From Balanoglossus misakiensis (Eukaryota > Animalia > Hemichordata), in the NCBI GenBank assembly GCA_040954595.2, contig CM082585.2, positions 510,814 through 574,813 of the forward strand: a DNA stretch of 64,000 nt. The letters run 5' to 3'. The notes beneath the pieces were generated by a model. The model saw only the letters and a list, made by a program, of their open reading frames with translations, did no database searches and was not told where the DNA came from. This document shows positions 30,001 to 42,726 of the stretch, piece by piece. The first letter of the stretch is position 1; every line of letters begins with the position of its first letter. The translations under genes and the position numbers were made by a program.

Positions 30001-33000
30001 TTGGAAAGCGTTATGCAGGAATGTTGTAAGGGATAGATTAATATTGCAAATAATTTAATTTCTTACATCATAAATGGAATTCAAAGAAACGTCACGTAAC
30101 AGGATATGTATACTTTCAAGGCTTTGTTTTGGAATAACGAATTCTCTACAAGATTTAAGTGGAACAATCACAGAATGAAAACAAATATGGAAAGAGTTAT
30201 GCTGGAATGTTGTAAGGGATAGATTAATATTGCAAAAAATTTAATTTCTTACATCATAAATGGAATTCAAAGAAAGGTCACGTAACAGGATATGTATAGT
30301 TTCAAGGCTTTGTTTTGGAATAACGAATTCTCTCCAAGATTTAAGTGGAACAGTTATAGAATGAAAACAAATATTCAAATAGTTATGCTGGAATGTTGTA
30401 AGGGATAGTATAATATTGCAAATAATTTAGTTTCTTACATCATAAATGAAATTCAATGAATGGTCAAATAACGGGCCATGTTTTACTAAAAAGACTTAAT
30501 ATGTATAGTTTGAAGGCTTTGTTTTGGAATAACGAATTCTCTACAAGATTTAAGTGGAACAGTCACAGAATGAAAACACATTTGGAAAGCGTTATGCAGG
30601 AATGTTGTAAGGGATAGATTAATATTGCAAATAATTTAATTTCTTACATCATAAATGGAATTCAAAGAATGGTCACATAACGGGCCATGTTTTACTAAAA
30701 AGACTTATGTATAGTTTCAAGGCTTTGTTTTGGAATAACGAATTCTCTACAAGATTTAAGTGGAACAGTCACAGAATGAAAACAAATATAGAAAGAGTTA
30801 TGCCGGAATGTTGTAAGGGATATATTAATATTGCAAATAATTTAATTTCTTATATCATAAATGGAATTCAAAGAATGGTCACATATTGGGCCATGCTTTA
30901 GTAAAAAGACTTATGTATAGTTTCAAGGCTTTGTTTTGGAATAACGAATTCTCTACAAGATTTAAGTGGAACAGTCACAGAATAAAAACAAATATGGAAA
31001 GCGTTATGCCGGAATGTTGTAAGGGATAGATTAATATTGCAAATAATTTAATTTCTTACATCATAAATGGAATTCAAAGAATGGTCACATAACGGGCCAT
31101 GTTTTACTAAAAAGACTTAATATGTATAGTTTGAAGGCTTTGTTTTGGAATAACGAATTCTCTACAAGATTTAAGTGTAACAGTCACAGAATGAAAACAA
31201 ATATAGAAAGCGTTATGCCGGAATGTTGTAAGGGATAGATTAATATTGCAAATAATTTAATTTCTTACATCATAAATGGAATTCAAAGAATGGTCACATA
31301 ACGGGCCATGTTTTACAAAAAAGACATATGTATAGTTTCAAGGCTTTGTTTTGGAATAACGAATTCTCTACAAGATTTAAGTGGAACAGTTACAGAATGA
31401 AAACAAATATTGAAATAGTTATGCTGGAATGTTGTAAGGGATAGATTAATATTGCAAATAATTTAATTTCTTACATCATAAATGGAATTCAAAGAAACGT
31501 CACGTAACAGGATATGTATAGTTTCAAGGCTTTGTTTTGGAATAACGAATTCTCTACAAGATTTAAGTGGAACAATCACAGAATGAAAACAAATATGGAA
31601 AGAGTTATGCTGGAATGTTGTAAGGGATAGATTAATATTGCAAAAAATTTAATTTCTTACATCATAAATGGAATTCAAAGAAAGGTCACGTAACAGGATA
31701 TGTATAGTTTCAAGGCTTTGTTTTGGAATAACGAATTCTCTCCTAGATTTAAGTGGAACAGTCACAGAATGAAAACAAATATAGAAAGAGTTATGCTGGA
31801 ATGTTGTAAGGGATAGATTAATATTGCAAATAATTTAATTTCTTACATCATAAATGGAATTCAAAGAATGGTCACATAAATGGATATGTTTTACTAAAAA
31901 GACTTATGTATAGTTTGAAGGCTTTGTTTTGGAATAACGAATTCTCTACAAGATTTAAGTGGAACAGTCACAGAATGAAAACACATTTGGAAAGCGTTAT
32001 GCCGGAATGTTGTAAGGGATAGATTAATATTGCAAATAATTTAATTTCTTACATCATAAATGGAATTCAAAGAATGGTCACATAACGGGCCATGTTTTAC
32101 TAAAAAGACTTATGTATAGTTTCAAGGCTTTGTTTTGGAATAACGAATTCTCTACAAGATTTAAGTGGAACAGTCACAGAATGAAAACAAATATAGAAAG
32201 AGTTATGCCGGAATGTTGTAAGGGATAGATTAATATTGCAAATAATTTAATTTCTTATATCATAAATGGAATTCAAAGAATGGTCACATAACGGGCCATG
32301 TTTTAGTAAAAAGACTTATGTATAGTTTCAAGGCTTTGTTTTGGAATAACGAATTCTCTACAAGATTTTAGTGGAACAGTCACAGAATAAAAACAAATAT
32401 GGAAAGCGTTATGCCGGAATGTTGTAAGGGATAGATTAATATTGCAAATAATTTAATTTCTTACATCATAAATGGAATTCAAAGAATGGTCACATAACGG
32501 GCCATGTTTTACAAAAAAGACTTATGTATAGTTTCAAGGCTTTGTTTTGGAATAACGAATTCTCTACAAAATTTAAGTGGAACAGTCACAGAATAAAAAC
32601 AAATATGGAAAGCGTTATGCCGGAATGTTGTAAGGGATAGATTAATATTGCAAATAATTTAATTTCTTACATCATAAATGGAATTCAAAGAAACGTCACG
32701 TAACAGGATATGTATAGTTTCAAGGCTTTGTTTTGGAATAACGAATTCTCTACAAGATTTAAGTGGAACAGTCACAGAATGAAAACAAATATACAAAGAA
32801 TTATGCCGGAATGTTGTAAGGGATAGATTAATATTGCAAATAATTTAATTTCTTACATCATAAATGAAATTCAAAGAATGGTCAAATCACGGGCCATGTT
32901 TTACTAAAAAGACTTATATATAGTTTCAAGGCTTTGTTTTGGAATAACGAATTCTCTCCAAGATTTAAGTGGAACAGTTATAGAATGAAAACAAATATTC

Positions 33001-36000
33001 AAATAGTTATGCTGGAATGTTGTAAGGGATAGTATAATATTGCAAATAATTTAGTTTCTTACATCATAAATGAAATTCAATGAATGGTCAAATAACGGGC
33101 CATGTTTTACTAAAAAGACTTAATATGTATAGTTTGAAGGCTTTGTTTTGGAATAACGAATTCTCTACAAGATTTAAGTGGAACAGTCACAGAATGAAAA
33201 CACATTTGGAAAGCGTTATGCAGGAATGTTGTAAGGGATAGATTAATATTGCAAATAATTTAATTTCTTACATCATAAATGGAATTCAAAGAATGGTCAC
33301 ATAACGGGCCATGTTTTACTAAAAAGACTTATGTATAGTTTCAAGGCTTTGTTTTGGAATAACGAATTCTCTACAAGATTTAAGTGGAACAGTCACAGAA
33401 TGAAAACAAATATAGAAAGAGTTATGCCGGAATGTTGTAAGGGATAGATTAATATTGCAAATAATTTAATTTCTTATATCATAAATGGAATTCAAAGAAT
33501 GGTCACATATTGGGCCATGCTTTAGTAAAAAGACTTATGTATAGTTTCAAGGCTTTGTTTTGGAATAACGAATTCTCTACAAGTCACAGAATAAAAACAA
33601 ATATGGAAAGCGTTATGCCGGAATGTTGTAAGGGATAGATTAATATTGCAAATAATTTAATTTCTTACATCATAAATTGAATTCAAAGAAACGTCACGTA
33701 ACAGGATATGTATAGTTTCAAGGCTTTTTTTGGCATAACGAATTCTCTACAAGATTTAAGTGGAACAGTCACAGAATGAAAACAAATATGGAAAGAGTTA
33801 TGCCGGAATGTTGTAAGGGATAGATTAATATTGCAAAAAATTTAATTTCTTACATCATAAATGGAATTCAAAGAAAGGTCATGTAACAGGATATGTATAG
33901 TTTCAAGGCTTTGTTTTGGAATAACGAATTCTCTCCAAGATTTAAGTGGAACAGTCACAGAATGAAAACAAATATGGAAAGAGTTATGCTGGAATGTTGT
34001 AAGGGATAGATTAATATTGCAAATAATTTAATTTCTTACATCATAAATGGAATTCAAAGAATGGTCACATAAATGGATATATTTTACTAAAAAGACTTAT
34101 GTATAGTTTCAAGGCTTTGTTTTGGAATAACGAATTCTCTACAAGATTTAAGTGGAACAGTCACTCACATAACAGGCCATGTTTTAGTAAAAAGACTTAT
34201 GTATAGTTTCAAGGCTTTGTTTTGGAATAACGAATTCTCTACAAGATTTAAGTGGAACAGTCACAGAATGAAAACAAATATAGAAAGAGTTATGCCGGAA
34301 TGTTGTAAGGGATAGATTAATATTGCAAATAATTTAATTTCTTACATCATAAATGGAATTCAAAGAATGGTCACATAACGGGCCATGTTTTAGTAAAAAG
34401 ACTTATGTATAGTTTCAAGGCTTTGTTTTGGAATAACGAATTCTCTACAAGATTTTAGTGGAACAGTCACAGAATAAAAACAAATATGGAAAGCGTTATG
34501 CCGGAATGTTGTAAGGGATAGATTAATATTGCAAATAATTTAATTTCTTACATCATAAATGGAATTCAAAGAATGGTCACATAACGGGCCATGTTTTACA
34601 AAAAAGACTTATGTATAGTTTCAAGGCTTTGTTTTGGAATAACGAATTCTCTACAAAATTTAAGTGGAACAGTCACAGAATAAAAACAAATATAGAAAGA
34701 GTTATGCCGGAATGTTGTAAGGGATAGATTAATATTGCAAATAATGTAATTTCTTATATCATAAATGGAATTCAAAGAATGGTCACATATTGGGCCATGC
34801 TTTAGTAAAAAGACTTATGTATAGTTTCAAGGCTTTGTTTTGGAATAACGAATTCTCTACAAGTCACAGAATAAAAACAAATATGGAAAGCGTTATGCCG
34901 GAATGTTGTAAGGGATAGATTAATATTGCAAATAATTTAATTTCTTACATCATAAATGGAATTCAAAGAAACGTCACGTAACAGGATATGTATAGTTTCA
35001 AGGCTTTTTTTTGGCATAACGAATTCTCTACAAGATTTAAGTGGAACAGTCACAGAATGAAAACAAATATGGAAAGAGTTATGCCGGAATGTTGTAAGGG
35101 ATAGATTAATATTGCAAAAAATTTAATTTCTTACATCATAAATGGAATTCAAAGAAAGGTCATGTAACAGGATATGTATAGTTTCAAGGCTTTGTTTTGG
35201 AATAACGAATTCTCTCCAAGATTTAAGTGGAACAGTCACAGAATGAAAACAAATATGGAAAGAGTTATGCTGGAATGTTGTAAGGGAAAGATTAATATTG
35301 CAAATAATTTAATTTCTTACATCATAAATGGAATTCAAAGAATGGTCACATAAATGGATATATTTTACTAAAAAGACTTATGTATAGTTTCAAGGCTTTG
35401 TTTTGGAATAACGAATTCTCTACAAGATTTAAGTGGAACAGTCACTCACATAACAGGCCATGTTTTAGTAAAAAGACTTATGTATAGTTTCAAGGCTTTG
35501 TTTTGGAATAACGAATTCTCTCCAAGATTTAAGTGGAACAGTTATAGAATGAAAACAAATATTCAAATAGTTATGCTGGAATGTTGTAAGGGATAGTATA
35601 ATATTGCAAATAATTTAGTTTCTTACATCATAAATGAAATTCAATGAATGGTCAAATAACGGGCCATGTTTTACTAAAAAGATTTAATATGTATAGTTTG
35701 AAGGCTTTGTTTTGGAATAACGAATTCTCTACAAGATTTAAGTGGAACAGTCACAGAATGAAAACACATTTGGAAAGCGTTATGCAGGAATGTTGTAAGG
35801 GATAGATTAATATTGCAAATAATTTAATTTCTTACATCATAAATGGAATTCAAAGAATGGTCACATAACGGGCCATGTTTTACTAAAAAGACTTATGTAT
35901 AGTTTCAAGGCTTTGTTTTGGAATAACGAATTCTCTACAAGATTTAAGTGGAACAGTCACAGAATGAAAACAAATATAGAAAGAGTTATGCCGGAATGTT

Positions 36001-38043
36001 GTAAGGGATAGATTAATATTGCAAATAATTTAATTTCTTATATCATAAATGGAATTCAAAGAATGGTCACATATTGGGCCATGCTTTAGTAAAAAGACTT
36101 ATGTATAGTTTCAAGGCTTTGTTTTGGAATAACGAATTCTCTACAAGATTTAAGTGGAACAGTCACAGAATAAAAACAAATATGGAAAGCGTTATGCCGG
36201 AATGTTGTAAGGGATAGATTAATATTGCAAATAATTTAATTTCTTACATCATAAATGGAATTCAAAGAATGGTCACATAACGGGCCATGTTTTACAAAAA
36301 AGACTTAAGTATAGTTTCAAGGCTTTGTTTTGGAATAACGAATTCTCTACAAGATTTAAGTGGAACAGTCACAGAATAAAAACAAATATGGAAAGCGTTA
36401 TGCCGGAATGTTGTAAGGGATAGATTAATATTGCAAATAATTTAATTTCTTACATCATAAATGGAATTCAAAGAAACGTCACGTAACAGGATATGTATAG
36501 TTTCAAGGCTTCTTTTTGGCATAACGAATTCTGTACAAGATTTAAGTGGAACAGTCACAGAATGAAAACAAATATGGAAAGAGTTATGCCGGAATGTTGT
36601 AAGGGATAGATTAATATTGCAAAAAATTTAATTTCTTACATCATAAATGGAATTCAAAGAAAGGTCATGTAACAGGATATGTATAGTTTCAAGGCTTTGT
36701 TTTGGAATAACGAATTCTCTCCAAGATTTAAGTGGAACAGTCACAGAATGAAAACAAATATGGAAAGAGTTATGCTGGAATGTTGTAAGGGATAGATTAA
36801 TATTGCAAATAATTTAATTTCTTACATCATAAATGGAATTCAAAGAATGGTCACATAAATGGATATATTTTACTAAAAAGACTTATGTATAGTTTCAAGG
36901 CTTTGTTTTGGAATAACGAATTCTCTACAAGATTTAAGTGGAACAGTCACTCACATAACAGGCCATGTTTTAGTAAAAAGACTTATGTATAGTTTCAAGG
37001 CTTTGTTTTGGAATAACGAATTCTCTACAAGATTTAAGTGGAACAGTCACATAATGAAAAGAAATATGGAAAGCGTTATGCCGGAATGTTGTAAGGGATA
37101 GATTAATATTGCAAATAATTTAATTTCTTACATCATAAATGTAATTCAAAGAATGGTCACATAACGGGCCATGTTTTACTAAAAAGACTTATGTATAGTT
37201 TGAAGGCTTTGTTTTGGAATAACGAATTCTCTACAAGATTTAAGTGGAACAGTCACAGAATGAAAACACATTTGGAAAGCGTTATGCCGGAATGTTGTAA
37301 TGGATAGATTAATATTGCAAATAATTTAATTTCTTACATCATAAATGGAATTCAAAGAATGGTCACATAACGGGCCATGTTTTGCTAAAAAGACTTATGT
37401 ATAGTTTCAAGGCTTTGTTTTGGAATAACGAATTCTCTACAAGATTTAAGTGGAACAGTCACAGAATGAAAACAAATATAGAAAGAGTTATGCCGGAATG
37501 TTGTAAGGGATAGATTAATATTGCAAATAATTTAATTTCTTATATCATAAATGGAATTCAAAGAATGGTCACATAACGGGCCATGTTTTAGTAAAAAGAC
37601 TTATGTATAGTTTCAAGGCTTTGTTTTGGAATAACGAATTCTCTACAAGATTTAAGTGGAACAGTCACAGAATAAAAACAAATATGGAAAGCGTTATGCC
37701 GGAATGTTGTAAGGGATAGATTAATATTGCAAATAATTTAATTTCTTACATCATAAATGGAATTCAAAGAATGGTCACATAACGGGCCATGTTTTACTAA
37801 AAAGACTTATGTATAGTTTCAAGGCTTTGTTTTGGAATAACGAATTCTCTACAAGATTTAAGTGGAACAGTCACAGAATGAAAACAAATATAGAAAGAGT
37901 TATGCCGGAATTTTGTAAGGGATAGATTAATATTGCAAATAATTTAATTTCTTATATCATAAATGGAATTCAAAGAATGGTCACATAAATGGATATGTTT
38001 TACTAAAAAGACTTATGTATAGTTTCAAGGCTTTGTTTTGGAA
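1..38043. repeat. Large AT-rich satellite array, ~206-bp monomer (186-bp and 209-bp variants), roughly 185 copies; continues beyond window start
   Basis: Head-to-tail unit ATTCAAAGAATGGTCACATAACGGGCCATGTTTTACTAAAAAGACTTATGTATAGTTTCAAGGCTTTG...CTTACATCATAAATGGA. Period 206 (28461->28667); 186 when TTTTACTAAAAAGACTTATG is absent (1->187). Typically two GAATTC sites per unit. Ends abruptly at ...TTTTGGAA (38043). Confidence 0.98.
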
Positions 38044-38780
38044 CGAGAGCAGCGTTTATTACAGACCCGCTCCCGCATCTCAGAACTAGAACACGAACTT
38101 GCCGCCCTCCGAGTGCAGGATGCCACCACAAGTCCCATGCAACCGCCTCCATCGATCCGTTTATCGTCGGGCAACGGCTGTCCACCAACACTGGAAATCC
38201 TTCGTCAAAACCCAGCCGCAAATCAAGGTAAGCTAGGAAAGTCCCTTCGTGACACTCAAGCCCCCAGCTCCGCAGATGAATCCAAAGTGAAATGGCCACA
38301 TTTGCGCCTACCTCGCGAAAAAGGAGGAAAAGTCCCCAAATTCGACAACTTAACCATCGCACAACTATTCAGAGGCGAATTAGAAATAATCAACTCCGTC
38401 TACCTGCCCATCTCGTCTGAGGAACGCGCTCCCAGATTACTGCATCTCCAGAAATTAATGAGACTCGCTCATAAGTACGATTGGTTAGTCGTACTGAATT
38501 TCCAAGGTACCATCTTAGAAAAGATACAAAGCGCAGAACTACGTTGGCAAGACTGCTTCGACCGTTATGAAAAAGAACTTCTCTCACCCGACACCCTGAA
38601 ATCTGTCAAACAAGGCACTGATAGCGGCAAGAAACAGGCCGACAAGAAGAGCGACATTTGTTACAAGTACAACTTCCAGACATGCGAATGGGGCGACAAG
38701 TGTTTTAGACGTCACATCTGATATCGCTGTTTCAAAATTAACAACACAGCCACATCTCACAGCGGCAAAGATTGCCACCT
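38044..38780 (+). pseudogene. gag-like ORF of the YR retrotransposon, 5'-truncated, with internal TGA
   Basis: ORF 38038-38721 (its TTG start belongs to the satellite) ends CYKYNFQTCEWGDKCFRRHI*. The same frame continues YRCFKINNTATSHSGKDCH, i.e. CCCH plus CCHC-type zinc fingers, with TGA (38719-38721) at an expected Cys. Confidence 0.75.
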
Positions 38781-38850
38781 CGCCACCAGCAAGAAGAATG
38801 ACAGCCCCAATAGTAATAGATCTAATTCGGACTTAACTTCAGTTGTTGGG

Positions 38851-40849
38851 TTGAATCCCATGTTCACAGAGACTACATTGTGTTCCGTCTCTTCCTCACA
38901 GAACATTCCGTACACTTCTGCATCAGAAGAATTTTCTAGCGCTCGGTTACCGTCCAACGCTAACATTCGGGCTCCCTGGTCCCATACACCACGCCCTTTA
39001 TGTATCTCAGGCCATACAGCCGCATCCTCCGACATTGTGTCTCACACAGCGAACGATGACCCATCGTCCTCGTCCACTTCAAACATTGTAACAATTCCTC
39101 CGATTTCAGCTTCGCCTCTGACATCGCGGTATTTAAACATTCAGTCGAGCACGTCTCCCTCATCGGAATTTTCTTTAGCCAATATTTGTGTGTTGCATGC
39201 ACAAGTCTCTACATCCGGGTTACCAAACTACCAAGGACTCAAATATCCCGTTCCGACTAAATTAGTGTTGCCTTTATGGAGATCACTGCTGGCACATTAT
39301 GCTGACAATATCATTTGTGACTATCACCCTTTTGGCTGGCCTATCGGTTATACCCGTGACACGTTACCGGTCGTCGACATTCGTAATCACCCTTCGGCCT
39401 TGATGTTTCCCAACGATGTGGACCACTTCATCAGCACTGAAGTCGCCGCTGGGGCCACAGCCGGACCTTTCACAACCAGCCCATTTCCTCACGGGTTCGT
39501 GGTGTCTCAACTTCAAACTGTGCCCAAAAAGGAGTCTCCACGCCGTCGCGTAGTCATGGACCTCAGCTTTCCGGAACACCAACGAAACACCATCAATGAC
39601 GGAATCTCTTCAGACTTTTATGATGGTTATCACATAAAACTGTCGTACCCATCTTTAGATCATTTCACACAAATTATTCAGGACAAAGGACCCGGTTGCC
39701 TGTTATACAAGAGAGACTTACACCGAGCATATCGGCAAATTTTCATTGACCCACGAGATTATAATCTCCTTGGTTTTTCATGGCATCATTTATTCTTCTT
39801 TGATCTTGATTTTCCCTTCGGGCTTCGCTCTGCTGCATTAGCCTGCCAACGTACCACAAGTGCAGTTATGTATTTATTTAGACAGAATGGTTACGCTGGC
39901 ATCAATTATTTAGATGATTTTGGGGGTGCAGAGGCGCCAGACAAAGCCATGGCAGCCTTTGAATCCCTTGGTAGACTTTTATCACAGCTTGGTCTAGGAG
40001 GCGCAGGATAAAGCAGTAGCGCCGTCCACTTGCATGGTTTTTCTCGGTATTGAATTCGACACTGTGTCTATGACCATGCACATTTCTGCACACAAGTTAT
40101 TCATCCTGCTCACAGAGCTTGATGAGTGGGACACAAAACCTCTGTTCCCAAGCGTCAATTTCAGTCTTTGTTAGGCAAGCTTAACTCAGTTGCCACATGT
40201 GTCCGCTCAGGACGAGTGTTTTTCTCCCGTATGTTACAGTTACTTAGACAGCAGTTTAAATCACCTCGCATTTTTCTAGATTCGCAATTCTTCGCTGACT
40301 TAGTTTGGTGGCGTACCTTTTTACCATTATACAACGGAGTATCTGTTATCCCAGCTTCTAGATGGAGTACACCAGATGCCGTTTTTTTTCTACTGACGCC
40401 TGCCTCTCAGGCTGCGGGGCTTTTCTCAAGGACTGTATTTTCACACAGAATTTCCTTTACCTGTTATTAGTCAGGGTTTACATATTAATGCGTTAGAACT
40501 TTTAACAGTGCTTGTTGCGTGTCATCTGTGGAGCCATCTGTGGAAAGGCCAGCGCATTCAGGTGTTTTGCGATAATATGGCAACAGTCACTGTCATTAAT
40601 TCAGGTCGCTCACGAGACCTCCATATGCTTCAATATTTACGAGAGTTATGGCTAGTGTCCGCACTCAATAGTTTTGAACTCAAAGCAGTGCATATTCAGG
40701 GTCAGGATAATTGCTTAGATGACCATTTAAGCAGATGGCACATTTCTCAGCATCACAGTTTTGAATTTCATGAGTTAACCAATAGTCTGCATGTGATAGA
40801 GGTGGCAATGCCAGTCACATACTTCACCAATTTTCACTATGACCTGTAA
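38851..40849 (+). pseudogene. Reverse transcriptase / RNase H (pol) of Ngaro/DIRS-like element, frameshifted
   Basis: RT motifs RVVMDLSFP, KRDLHRAYRQ, PFGLRSA, GINYLDDF. Continues across frameshifts (~40000, ~40130, T-run ~40385) into FLGIEFDT, QSLLGKL, TDACLSG, HINALEL, FCDN and HIQGQDNCLDDHLSR (RNase H); stop at 40849. Confidence 0.92.
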
Positions 40850-40915
40850 GCTTTCACTGTACATCTTCCCAGCGTCGAGATGTATTCTCAGTTAGGTTTC
40901 ATTTTCTTATTTCAG

Positions 40916-41907
40916 GGTCGTCATGGCTTGCCCTTCACCAGCAAACAACAGCCTTACAAGCTTCTGCATTTGCTACAGGGACAGTCCAAAATTTGAAAAG
41001 CCAGTGGAAGGCTTTCTTATTGTTTTGCCACTTCTTCGGCCTCAAGCCAACACCGGCATCACCGCATGTTCTTTCCATGTTTCTTACCTTTTTATCTCGT
41101 TCAGTCAGTTCAGTGCAGTCACTAAAAACTACCTGCATGGTGTTTCTAAGTTGCATTCGTATTTACGCATTGAATGTTCGGCCTTAGAGAGTTTTCAAGT
41201 CAAACTGACTTTGAGAGGTCTTCAGCGAGTTCATCCCCAGTCATGTACTCAGAAGCTGCCCATCAATCCGCATATCCTGTTAGCTTTTCATAGTTTGTTA
41301 GATTTTTTCCAACCCTTTTCATCAAGTTTTTTGGACCTCTTGCTTATTGGTTTTTTTCACATTTCTCAGGAAGTCCAACCTTACTGTTCCTTCTCGCACG
41401 ACCTTTGACCCCCAGAAGCACCTGTGTCGGGGGGATATGCAGTTTAGTGCTTTTGGGCTACACGTTCTCATTCGTTGGTCAAAAACCAATCAGTTCCATG
41501 ATCGGGTGTGCTCCATCCCAGTTGCGCGGTTGCCGGGCTCAGTGTTATGCCCAATCACGTCTTTCGAACGCATGCGCGACTTGATCCAAGCTCCAGCCGG
41601 AGCACCAGCATTTGTCTATCCTTCCCAGGGTACCCTAGTCCCCCTCACCCACAGCGCATTTGTGTCTTTTCTGCGTTCCGTCTTAGCGCAAGCCGGGTTC
41701 AACCCCTCTATCTACTCAGGCCATAGTTTCCGCAGGGGCGGCGCTTCTTTCCCTCTCGAAGCAGGGGTTCCTGGAGAACTTATCAAATTGCACGGGGACT
41801 GGACATCTTCCGCTTACTTGCGCTACTTACATGTCAGCCCACAAAAGTGCTGCTCTGTCACCACCCCTATGCAAGAGCATTTGCGTTCCCACTACAATCA
41901 GTCTTGA
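40916..41907 (+). pseudogene. Tyrosine recombinase (YR) of the retrotransposon, two frameshifts
   Basis: Reconstructed SAFATGTVQNLKSQWKAFLLFC...NYLHGVSKLH...KLPINPHIL...FFTFLRKSNL...IRWSKTNQF...CPI...YSGHSFRRGGAS...HGDWTSSAYLRY, giving the catalytic R-K-HxxR-W-Y set. Frameshifts lie in homopolymer runs near 41125 and 41305. Confidence 0.92.
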
Positions 41908-41978
41908 AGTTTTCACATCTTTTCTCCTACGTGTTAGGAATCTTTCTCGCAAGTTACTGGGCAGTTTTGTATTTTACT

Positions 41979-42127
41979 GGCTAATGGGAACTCCCTGAAT
42001 GCTTCCCCTCCCCTGGTTTGGCGGCTTGGAGCTGGTTTTGTCAAACTCTTTTTCATCTGCATATTAAAGATTTGCCAAGTTTCCGCCAACCCTTTAGTGT
42101 GTCGTATTCTGTTCCTTCCCATTAGCC
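41979..42127 (+). other. Nested inverted repeats in the retroelement 3' region, enclosing an ATTAAA poly(A)-like signal
   Basis: GGCTAATGGGAA (41979-41990) is the exact reverse complement of TTCCCATTAGCC (42116-42127). GGTTTGGCGG-CTTGG (42015-42029) pairs imperfectly with CCAAG..CCGCCAACC (42075-42091). ATTAAA at 42063-42068. Confidence 0.6.
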
Positions 42128-42726
42128 CACTAGTTTTCAAATATTTATACTGTTCGAGTGTTTCAGGTGTATTTGTATGCACCAGCCATAACCACTACAG
42201 ACGTATTTTCCTGTACAATTCTTATATAAGTAATGATTGTAAATTGCAAGAGATATATATTGAAATTAGGAACGTCATTTGTATCAACCCTGGTTTTTCA
42301 TTCCATTTGGCTCTCAAGGGGAAAAAATGTCTAGTGTTATGTTCTGAACATTCAATATTATTGCTGTAGCTTGAAAATTAATGTGTGAGATTTTGTGAGA
42401 CCTCAGAGGTCATTGGAATGCTCTTTTTTCATAACCTCATTTTCACATAAAGGATTTGATCTTTGAAAATCAGAACGGGATGTACTTGGTATTTTATTGC
42501 CAAGTAGTACAGTACCCTGGTCACATGACAGAAAAGATTTGGAATAGGAGAGCACCCTCTACAATGTGATTGGTCTTTGATGTAAAAAATCCTGATACAA
42601 AAAAAATCATTTTGAATGTGTCTAGGCGTGGCAGAAAGATCAGTTAGTGAATACTGGTTTTGTGTTCCTCTTGCCGCAGTTTTGAAGTTTGAACAATTTT
42701 ATGGGATTCATTGGAAAGGGGAATCT

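Larger units (their letters stand above)
38044..42200 (+). mobile_element. Decayed, 5'-truncated tyrosine-recombinase retrotransposon (DIRS order, Ngaro-like)
   Basis: Order gag (Cys/His zinc-finger C-terminus) - RT (YLDDF) - RNase H - tyrosine recombinase (HSFRRGG). No methyltransferase domain is seen between RH and YR, which fits Ngaro better than DIRS1. 3' end approximate. Confidence 0.9.

Noticed and set aside
3631-30901. Short ORFs within the 206-bp satellite (3631, 5054, 5428, 6809, 12254, 26034, 30707)
   Set aside because: Chance open frames of a tandem repeat that appear only where variants remove stops; no protein features.
38719-38721. TGA at a Cys position as selenocysteine
   Set aside because: No convincing SECIS seen downstream, and the element has many other lesions, so a nonsense mutation is more parsimonious.
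41347-41907. YR as a phage integrase or Crypton
   Set aside because: It directly follows RT/RNase H on the same strand, which defines a DIRS-order retroelement.
38003-42182. Minus-strand and alternate-frame ORFs over the retrotransposon
   Set aside because: Shadows of the plus-strand gag/pol/YR frames with no motifs.
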